Of a DNA stretch of 64,000 nucleotides, positions 16,019 to 23,639 are shown piece by piece. The notes under the pieces were generated by a model. It searched no databases. It saw only the letters and a list, made by a program, of their open reading frames with translations, and had not been told where the DNA came from. Numbering within the stretch: the stretch's first letter is position 1; each line of letters opens with the position of its first letter. This DNA comes from Acidimicrobiales bacterium (lineage in GTDB: Bacteria > Actinomycetota > Acidimicrobiia > Acidimicrobiales > Poriferisodalaceae), in contig JAWKIQ010000004.1 of the NCBI GenBank assembly GCA_041394185.1, positions 322,075-386,074 of the forward strand. The letters run 5' to 3'. The position numbers and the translations under genes were made by a program.

Positions 16019-16305
16019 GCAACGACGAAACCACGGTCGGCGAGGAGCTGGTCGGGTCGCTCGCAGCGAAGCTAGAGGAGTTCGCAGCCGGGCTCGAAGG
16101 CGAAGAGCGCGCACTTCTGCAAGAGGTGCTCGCCCGGGGCGGGTCCGCTGATGACGATGAGGTCACGGGGTTCAGCAAGATGAACTTCCGCGACATCAGC
16201 ATCAGGAGCATGGGAGACCTCATCGGTCGACCGATCAACGCCGCAACAGAAGGCTGGATGGAGATCGGCGAAGGCTGGTTCAAGAAGCCAATAATCGTGG
16301 GCTGA
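16015..16305 (+). CDS. small protein (96 aa), candidate RiPP precursor
   Basis: The ATG overlaps the rSAM TGA (ATGA). GAGGAG lies 8 nt upstream and third-position GC is high. An acidic helix (leader-like) is followed by GG-SADDDEVTGFSKMNF...EGWMEIGEGWFKKPIIVG. Confidence 0.65.
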   Translation: MSNDETTVGEELVGSLAAKLEEFAAGLEGEERALLQEVLARGGSADDDEVTGFSKMNFRDISIRSMGDLIGRPINAATEGWMEIGEGWFKKPIIVG

Positions 16306-16356
16306 CGCCTAGGTGGCTCTGGGTGTTGGGCCGAAGGGGTGGGCTAGCTTTCGCAG

Positions 16357-17379
16357 ATGAGCGTTGAAATCACCGAGCACACTCTGAAGAGCGACCGGCA
16401 CACCACCGGCTACCTGGCCGCCGGCCCTGTGGACGGGCCGCTGTTGGTCTTCGTGCACGGCTGGCCCGAGCTGTCGATCTCGTGGCGAAACCAGCTGCCG
16501 GTATTTGCCGGACTGGGATTCCGGGTGATTGCGCCGGACATGCGCGGATATGGCCGGTCGTCGACGTACGACCGGCTCGACGCGTTCTGCCAACTCGAGA
16601 TCGTCGCCGACATGCTCGAATTGCACGACCATCTCGGCGGGCCCCAGCGGAGTGCGATTTGGGTAGGCCATGACTGGGGAGGCCCGGTTATGTGGAACAT
16701 CGCCAGCCATCATCCCGATCGTTGCCGAGCGGTCGCGAGCTTGTGTGTTCCCTACGCCACGGTCGAGTGCGGCCTCGACGCTCTCGTCGAGCTGGTCGAC
16801 CGCGACGTGTATCCCGAGGATCAGTATCCGGCCGGTCAGTGGGACTACATGCTGTATTACCGCGAGAGCTTCGAACGGGCCAGCCAAGTCTTCGGCGCCA
16901 ACGCCTACAACATGGTCAGGGCTCTGTTTCGCAAGGGCGACCCGGGTGGTGTGGGAAAGCCGGCGTCGACCGCCAGCATCCGGGCTGGCGGCGGCTGGTT
17001 GGGAGGTGCCGACGAGTTCCCCGAGCTTGCGATGGACGCAGACGTCGTCACCGAAACCGACCTACGGTTCTACGCCGCCGCGCTCGACCGCAACGGCTTC
17101 TTCGGGCCAGACGCCTGGTACATGAACCACGAGGCAAACGCCGAGTACAGCCGCGAGGCCGTCAACGGCGGCCGGCTGGACATGCCGGTGCTGTTCCTCC
17201 ACGGTCGATACGACTACACGTGCCAATCCGTCGAGTCGCGGCTGGCCGAACCGATGCGCGCCCTGTGCTCGAATCTGACCGAGCACATCGTCGACAGCGG
17301 ACACTGGATGGCCCAGGAGCGCCCGGCCGACGTCAATCGCCACCTCGCCGACTGGCTCTTCCGCGTGGTCGGGGCTTAG
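16357..17379 (+). CDS. alpha/beta hydrolase, epoxide hydrolase/haloalkane dehalogenase-like
   Basis: HGWPELSISWRNQ and the GHDWGG nucleophile elbow, with a C-terminal DSGHW motif. Confidence 0.8.
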   Translation: MSVEITEHTLKSDRHTTGYLAAGPVDGPLLVFVHGWPELSISWRNQLPVFAGLGFRVIAPDMRGYGRSSTYDRLDAFCQLEIVADMLELHDHLGGPQRSAIWVGHDWGGPVMWNIASHHPDRCRAVASLCVPYATVECGLDALVELVDRDVYPEDQYPAGQWDYMLYYRESFERASQVFGANAYNMVRALFRKGDPGGVGKPASTASIRAGGGWLGGADEFPELAMDADVVTETDLRFYAAALDRNGFFGPDAWYMNHEANAEYSREAVNGGRLDMPVLFLHGRYDYTCQSVESRLAEPMRALCSNLTEHIVDSGHWMAQERPADVNRHLADWLFRVVGA

Positions 17380-17424
17380 CCGATAGCGTTGTCGGCTCGC
17401 CCGCAACCGACCGGAGGCAATTCC

Positions 17425-17940
<516 letters not shown>

Positions 17941-17969
17941 GTTCGACGCCTGCCCGGCTTGGGTGGCCC

Positions 17970-18935
17970 TCACCCAGCCGTCGCGGCCAGGCCGATCTCT
18001 CCCAACAGGCCGATGCGGTCGACTATGTGGCCGTTGGCCGGCAGGTTCATCGTGATGCCGTCGATGCCGGTGTCCATACATGCCTGCAGCTTCTCGCCGA
18101 CGGTGTCTGGGTCGCCGTAGATCAACACGCCCTTGGCCATTTCGATGATGGCGTCGTTCCAACCCTTGGCCTCGGCCACGCTGCGCAGGTCGGCCTCGGC
18201 CTGCTCCATCGTCGGCGCGACCAGCACCATCAACAGCTTGGTGACCTTGATCTGCGAGCGGTCGCGGCCCAGTCGTTCGCAGTGGGCGGCCAGGGCGTCG
18301 AGCTTGCGGGGGATCTCTTCGACGGTGCCGGTCAGGTTCGACTCGTCGGCGTACTGGGCCACCATGCGAAGTGTCTTCTGCTCGCCCGATCCGCCGATCA
18401 TGACCGGGATGCGCGAGATCGGAGCCGGCGAGTTGACGGCGTTGTTCACCTGATAGTGCTTGCCCTGGAGGGTCACCGTCTCTCCGCGCAGCATCGGGAC
18501 GATGATCTGCAACGCCTCCTCGAGCTTCTCGAAGCGGTCGGTGAAGGTGCCGAATTCGTAGCCGAGCGAGTTGTGCTCGAGCTCGAACCAGCCGGCGCCG
18601 ATGCCCAGCGTGGCTCGCCCGCCCGACACGTGGTCGAGTGCGGTGATGGTCTTGGCCAGCAGGGTCGGGTGCCGGTAGGTGTTGCCCGTCACCAGGGCCG
18701 AGAGCCTGACCGACTGGGTGTGCTGGGCCAGCGCCGACAGCATCGAGTAGCACTCGAACATCGGCTCGTCGGGGGCGCCGATGCCGGGCAGTTGGTAGAA
18801 GTGGTCCATCAGGAACACACGGTCGAAACCTGCGGCCTCGGCTGCCTTTGCCTGCGCCACCACGTTGCCGAAGATCTCGGCCCCGTCGATGCCTGGATAG
18901 GTGAAGTTGGGAATCTGGTAGCCGAGCCTGGTCAT
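17970..18935 (-). CDS. LLM-class (luciferase-like) F420-dependent oxidoreductase
   Basis: MTRLGYQIPNFTYPG...GFDRVFLMDHFYQLPGIG resembles the Rv1855c-type LLM family. Confidence 0.8.
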   Translation of the reverse strand: MTRLGYQIPNFTYPGIDGAEIFGNVVAQAKAAEAAGFDRVFLMDHFYQLPGIGAPDEPMFECYSMLSALAQHTQSVRLSALVTGNTYRHPTLLAKTITALDHVSGGRATLGIGAGWFELEHNSLGYEFGTFTDRFEKLEEALQIIVPMLRGETVTLQGKHYQVNNAVNSPAPISRIPVMIGGSGEQKTLRMVAQYADESNLTGTVEEIPRKLDALAAHCERLGRDRSQIKVTKLLMVLVAPTMEQAEADLRSVAEAKGWNDAIIEMAKGVLIYGDPDTVGEKLQACMDTGIDGITMNLPANGHIVDRIGLLGEIGLAATAG

Positions 18936-18982
18936 CGGAGGAGCTCCTCGTTGGTGAGTACCTGACGCAAAGGCCAGATTTC

Positions 18983-19000
18983 GTCAGGTCGAAACCTGAC
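18983..19000. promoter_or_regulatory. candidate TetR operator (perfect inverted repeat GTCAGGT-cgaa-ACCTGAC)
   Basis: Located in the divergent region between the LLM gene and the TetR-MFS operon. A third CCTGAC half-site lies at 18961-18966. Confidence 0.4.
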
Positions 19001-19063
19001 ACATACGGCGAGGTGTGTCAACATCTGGTCGTGGTGAATCATGAGCCCGGCTCAAGGAAGCCC

Positions 19064-19651
19064 ATGGGTCGTGGACAAGCGAGACGCGCTGCGATCTTGG
19101 CCGCGGCCGTCGACCAGTTCTCTCGTCGCGGCGTGGCGGGCACATCGATGGCCCACATCGCCAAGGCAGCGGGAGTGTCTCGTCCGGCGCTGTACCAGTA
19201 CTTCAGCGACAAGGACGAGATCTTCTCCTCGGCCTTTGTCGGGCTGTTCGAACAGCTGGTCGACAACGCGCTGGACGCGCTGGAGCAGCCCGGCACCACA
19301 GCAGAACGTCTCGACGGGTTTCTGCAACGCTACGAAGGCGACCTGTTCGAACGAATGTCGGCCTCACCTCACGTCGACGAGATAACCGGGGCTAAGAACG
19401 AACAACTGGCGTCTGCGACTGCCGCCGTGATCTCGAGGCTCGCGGACGGCCTCGCCGCGTACCTGGCGTCTGTTTCGACCAGCAGCGGCTCGAAGGCCCG
19501 CCGGCAGCGCGACTCGTGGCTGGAGATGTTGCGATTGGCGCCAAAGGGCCTTCGCTTCGACCAGCCGACAGTCGACGTGTTTCGACATCGACTGAGCACG
19601 TTGGCCGCCTTGGTCGCAACGGCGGTCGATGCGCAACGAGAGCGAGCATGA
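19064..19651 (+). CDS. TetR family transcriptional regulator
   Basis: ILAAAVDQFSRRGVAGTSMAHIAKAAGVSRPALYQYFSDKDEIF is a TetR HTH. Confidence 0.88.
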   Translation: MGRGQARRAAILAAAVDQFSRRGVAGTSMAHIAKAAGVSRPALYQYFSDKDEIFSSAFVGLFEQLVDNALDALEQPGTTAERLDGFLQRYEGDLFERMSASPHVDEITGAKNEQLASATAAVISRLADGLAAYLASVSTSSGSKARRQRDSWLEMLRLAPKGLRFDQPTVDVFRHRLSTLAALVATAVDAQRERA

Positions 19652-21024
19652 GCACCGTTTCTGCCAACCTCGCCTGGTATCGACGGCACCAACTCCTGGC
19701 AGGCGCCATGTTCTGGGTGCCGACGATGATGCTGTTCCTGATCGACGGGTTCGGCTTGGCCGCGGCGCTGCGACTGCAGGCCGTGTACTACGCCGCCGTG
19801 GTGGTCATGGAGGTTCCGTCAGGGTGGCTCAGCGACCGATTCGGGCGGGTGCTGACCTTGCGAGTGGTCGCCGTGGCGTGGGCGGGCGCGTACTCGATGT
19901 TCCTGCTGGGCGATCTTGCTGCAGTGGTGCTCGGACAGGTGCTGCTGGCTGCGGGCTACGCGTTCTTGTCGGGCACCGACGTTACGTTTCACCTCGAATC
20001 ACTAGAGGCCGAGGGCCGGGCCGCAGAGTTCGCCCAACGAGAGGCGTCGAGCCGCCAAGGATTGCTGTACGTCAGCGCTGTCAGTGCGCTGCTGGGCGGC
20101 GCGCTGGCCATGGCAGACCTGAGGCTGCCCTTCGTCTTGTCGCTGGTGTTCGCCATCGCCCAGCTTGTGGTGGCGATGCAGTTCGTGGAGGTTCCGGCCG
20201 AACGCGACCAGTCGCCGAGTTTTCGGGCCGACATCGCAAGATCGGCCGCTCGGCTGAAAGACCCGCTGCTGGCCTGGGTGGGGCTGTACATGATCAGCCA
20301 GGTGGTTGCGGTTCACCTGGTGGCCGAGCTGACCCCCGCCTACCTGACCGACGTATTCGGCGCGACCACCGACGCGACCGAATGGGCGGCGTTGTCGACC
20401 GGCGTCATCGCCGCGGTGGTGGCCACCGTGGCGGCGCTGTCGTTGAAGGGCCTTCCGGCCACGGTTGGCCGCCTCGGTCTGGCCGCCGTGCTGTTGTTGC
20501 TGGCAGCTGTGCCGCTGGTGGTCATGGGCGCAATGGCCGTGGTGGCCGCCGGCTGGGTGCTGCCGTTGTTGACGCTGAGGCGGGTGCAGGCTGCCGCCTC
20601 TTCTGTGCTGGTGCCCGCTGTGGTTGCTGCCCATGTCGATGCGAAGAGCCGAGCGACGCTGCTTTCGATGCTGAGCCTGGCCGGTCGTCTCAGCTACATG
20701 GCCGTGCTGTTGTTGCTGGCCGGCTCTGCGGGCGACCAACTGGGGCGGTCTCTGTGGCTGGCGACCGCCGCCATCGGGGTGTTGTGGATTGCCGTGGTGG
20801 TCGGCCAGCGGCGGGTGCGCGACTTTCCCGACGATCTCGAACACGACCACGACCACGTGCACGACGAGATGGAACACGACCACCTGCACACCCACGGCGA
20901 CGGTCATCACGATCACCACCACTATCCGCCCGTCGAAGGCCCGCATCGGCACCGGCATCACCACCCGCCGATGCGCCACAAACACCCTCACACCCGGGAC
21001 GATCACCACCTACACGACCGCTGA
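19648..21024 (+). CDS. MFS transporter with C-terminal histidine-rich tail
   Basis: The ATG overlaps the TetR stop (ATGA). The motif EVPSGWLSDRFGRV is present, and the last about 65 aa are rich in His/Asp (HDHDHVHDEMEHDHLHTHGDGHHDHHH...). Confidence 0.8.
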   Translation: MSTVSANLAWYRRHQLLAGAMFWVPTMMLFLIDGFGLAAALRLQAVYYAAVVVMEVPSGWLSDRFGRVLTLRVVAVAWAGAYSMFLLGDLAAVVLGQVLLAAGYAFLSGTDVTFHLESLEAEGRAAEFAQREASSRQGLLYVSAVSALLGGALAMADLRLPFVLSLVFAIAQLVVAMQFVEVPAERDQSPSFRADIARSAARLKDPLLAWVGLYMISQVVAVHLVAELTPAYLTDVFGATTDATEWAALSTGVIAAVVATVAALSLKGLPATVGRLGLAAVLLLLAAVPLVVMGAMAVVAAGWVLPLLTLRRVQAAASSVLVPAVVAAHVDAKSRATLLSMLSLAGRLSYMAVLLLLAGSAGDQLGRSLWLATAAIGVLWIAVVVGQRRVRDFPDDLEHDHDHVHDEMEHDHLHTHGDGHHDHHHYPPVEGPHRHRHHHPPMRHKHPHTRDDHHLHDR

Positions 21025-22413
21025 CCCTGGCGAACGCGACGGTGAAAAAGCGTCTCCGCGGGGACGTTTTCTGGCCTCTCGGGTAGCCAGGCAGTGTTCG
21101 GTCAGCACGGCTACGACAAAGCCGAAGTCGAGACGGTCGTTGGCCCACAGGCTTTGGATGGACTGTGAGGTAATGCGCCCGGGCGGGGCGACGTCGAGCA
21201 CACCCTGGACGGATCCGCCGAGCGGTTCGATTGCCAGCTCGGTGCCATCGGGCGTGGCCCACCTGACCTGTCCGCCGTCGAGCGAAACCGACCAACCCCC
21301 TTCGTGGACCAGGTGGTGATGGAAGCCGCACAAGCTGATGAGGTTGTCGAGATCGGTCGGGCCGCCGTTGGCCCAGTGAACTATGTGGTGGGTATGGAGC
21401 CAGGTGGTGGCGCCACATCCGGGAAAACGGCACGTGCCGTCGTCGCGGCGGTGCACCGCGCGGCGCAGCCGGCGATTGGGGAGCTTCGTCTGGCGGCCCT
21501 CGTCGTGGACGTGGCCGCCGGCCTCGAGCATGACCGACGAACTGATGTCGCACGCCCACCTCTTGGCGACCTCGGGTGCAACACGTTTGCCCGACAGCGT
21601 CACCTCGCCGCCGCTGCCATCAGCTTGGGTGCCTTCGCTGTCGGCGAGTTCTTGCAGCCCGTCGGTGTCGACCACCAGAGTCAGTCGACCCACGTCGCCA
21701 CGGTGGGCAGCGACCGGGTTGGCGGCCAGCACCTGCTCGGCGATACGCACCAAGGCGTCGAACCGCACGGCCCCTATGCCGCCGCGCTCGACCTGGGCCG
21801 AGTGGCGTGTTTGGTCGGTGCCGGCGATGGCATCGTCGAGCATCTGTGATGCGACCACGTCGAGCGCCGCCCAGATGGTCTCGACCAGATCCGCAGGCCC
21901 CACGGTCGTCAGCATGTCCAGGGCGTCTTCGCGTCGCGACCGCTTGACGTTGCGCCTGGCGAACGCCGAGGCCGCATCGGCGTTCTCGTCGCGGTCGAGG
22001 GCGGCCTTGACCGCTGCGACAGTGCGCTCGAGTTGGCCGCCGGTGGAGTGTTTGGCGCGGTCGACCCACTCGGCGTCGTCTTCTGGCAGTGCAACGCGGG
22101 TGATGGCCCTGACCTTCGAATACGACAGCTCGCCCGCGGCAAACGCCGCCGATATCGCCGGAAGATCGTCGAGCGCTCGGGCCGTGCGCACCTTCTCTCG
22201 TGCCGTGTGCAGGTCGTCGCCGCACTTCCAAGAAAGCCAGTGGGCGGCCGACTTGCACCCCCACGACCGCCACCCCTCGCGGCGGTCGTAGTCGGAGATC
22301 CAACGCAACAGCTGGGCCGAAGCCGCCGCGATGTGACCCGACAGCTGTGTGATGTTGTCCTCGAGACGCTCTAGTGGAATCAAGGAGTACCCCCGTTTCG
22401 ATTGTGCCGACAC
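21010..22413 (-). CDS. DUF222 / HNH endonuclease domain protein (actinobacterial 13E12-type)
   Basis: N-terminal DUF222-like helix region. The C-terminal HNH reads CRFPGCGATTWLHTHHIVHWANGGPTDLDNLISLCGFHHHLVH. The start is uncertain (GTG 22413, TTG 22419 or TTG 22383). Confidence 0.8.
   Translation of the reverse strand: MSAQSKRGYSLIPLERLEDNITQLSGHIAAASAQLLRWISDYDRREGWRSWGCKSAAHWLSWKCGDDLHTAREKVRTARALDDLPAISAAFAAGELSYSKVRAITRVALPEDDAEWVDRAKHSTGGQLERTVAAVKAALDRDENADAASAFARRNVKRSRREDALDMLTTVGPADLVETIWAALDVVASQMLDDAIAGTDQTRHSAQVERGGIGAVRFDALVRIAEQVLAANPVAAHRGDVGRLTLVVDTDGLQELADSEGTQADGSGGEVTLSGKRVAPEVAKRWACDISSSVMLEAGGHVHDEGRQTKLPNRRLRRAVHRRDDGTCRFPGCGATTWLHTHHIVHWANGGPTDLDNLISLCGFHHHLVHEGGWSVSLDGGQVRWATPDGTELAIEPLGGSVQGVLDVAPPGRITSQSIQSLWANDRLDFGFVVAVLTEHCLATREARKRPRGDAFSPSRSPGSAVV
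21041..21070. terminator. palindromic terminator-like element, copy 1 (imperfect)
   Basis: GGTGAAAAAGCGTCTCCGCGGGGACGTTTT lies 17 nt after the MFS stop. It is nearly identical to the element at 26564-26592. Confidence 0.4.
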
Positions 22414-22478
22414 AATCAACCTAGATAGGGGGTGGGACGCTCCCGATGCGAGGGCCGGGTGCTCGGTAGGCTCGCCGC

Positions 22479-23639
22479 ATGGTCCAAATCCTCGCCGCAG
22501 CGGTGGCCCCATCCGACGGTGGTGGCTCCGGCTCGTTGACTCTGCTGGTCGTATACATCGTGGTTGCGATCGGGGTGTCGTTCCTGTGCTCGATCATGGA
22601 GGCGGTGCTGCTCAGCGTTTCGCCCGCCTACGTGGGTGCTCTCGAGGCTGAGAAGCCCGCAATCGCCCAGCGTCTCCGCGAGCTCAAGAGCGACGTCGAC
22701 CGACCATTGGCCGCCATCCTCACCCTGAACACGGTCGCCCACACCATCGGCGCCGCGGGGGCCGGCGCCGAGGCCGCTGCATACTTCGGCAACGGGGCGA
22801 TCGGCGTGTTCTCGGCGCTGTTGACTTTGGGAATCCTGGTGCTCAGCGAGATCATCCCCAAGACCCTGGGCGCCGTGTACTGGCGAGGGCTCGCACCCAT
22901 GGTCGCACGCCTGCTGAAGCCTCTGATCTACCTCCTCTATCCGCTCGTGCTGATGTCGCAGTGGCTGGCCAAGGCGCTGACCCGCGGTGAAAAGGAGAGC
23001 GATGTCAGCCGTGGCGAGCTGGCGGCGCTGGCCGACATCGGCGCGGATGAGGGGGTGCTGCGAGAGGGCGAGGCTCGCCTGTTCAAGAACCTGCTGCGGT
23101 TCGAGGGCCTAAGCGTGTCGGATGTGATGACGCCCCGCACCGTTGTGGTCGCCTTCCCCCAGACCGCATCGGTCGACGAACTGGTCGACGCCAAGGGTCA
23201 GTTCTCGCGCTATCCGATCTATTCGGAGAACCGCGACGACATCACCGGCTATGTGTTGCTGGGAGACGCACTGGCGAAGGTCGCCGAAGACGCACACGAC
23301 ACCCGGCTCAGCGAGTTGCGCAGAGACCTGGTTGCCGTGCGGGCCGACACCCCCTTGCTGGAGGCGTTCGAGAACCTCATCGAAGACCACGCCCACATCG
23401 TGCTGGTGCTCGACGAATACGGAGGCACCGCCGGCATCGCGACGATGGAGGACATCATCGAGACGCTGATCGGCCTGGAGATAACCGACGAGACCGACAC
23501 CACCGAAGACATGCAGGCCCTGGCCAAGGACCGTTGGCGCGCACGCGCGTCGCGTTATGGGCTGCTGGATGACGGCGAGCGCGACGCCGCCATCCGCCTG
23601 GGGCTCACCGGCAACCGACCCGACCATTCCGACAACTGA
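22479..23639 (+). CDS. CNNM/DUF21 transmembrane domain + CBS-pair protein (hemolysin/CorB family)
   Basis: N-terminal TM region containing IPKTLG, followed by a CBS-pair-like region (VSDVMTPRTVVVAF...). Confidence 0.75.
   Translation: MVQILAAAVAPSDGGGSGSLTLLVVYIVVAIGVSFLCSIMEAVLLSVSPAYVGALEAEKPAIAQRLRELKSDVDRPLAAILTLNTVAHTIGAAGAGAEAAAYFGNGAIGVFSALLTLGILVLSEIIPKTLGAVYWRGLAPMVARLLKPLIYLLYPLVLMSQWLAKALTRGEKESDVSRGELAALADIGADEGVLREGEARLFKNLLRFEGLSVSDVMTPRTVVVAFPQTASVDELVDAKGQFSRYPIYSENRDDITGYVLLGDALAKVAEDAHDTRLSELRRDLVAVRADTPLLEAFENLIEDHAHIVLVLDEYGGTAGIATMEDIIETLIGLEITDETDTTEDMQALAKDRWRARASRYGLLDDGERDAAIRLGLTGNRPDHSDN

Noticed and set aside
16150-16200. Lasso-peptide reading of ...EVTG/FSKMNFRD (Thr at -2, Asp acceptor).
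   Set aside because: Position 1 would be Phe rather than Gly/Ala/Ser/Cys, and no lasso cyclase or B-protein genes are present.
14583-16305. Mycofactocin (MftABC) or FxSxx-COOH (FxsAB) identity for the rSAM locus.
   Set aside because: Neither small ORF ends in the mycofactocin-type ...GVY or in an F-x-S-x-x C-terminus. No MftD/E-like genes or HEXXH-fused FxsB architecture are adjacent. The TetR and GT2 genes elsewhere in the window are tens of kb away.
20824-21024. CAC/GAC-rich stretch considered as a DNA microsatellite or low-complexity repeat.
   Set aside because: There is no regular nucleotide repeat unit. The periodicity is at the codon level (His/Asp) within an intact ORF.
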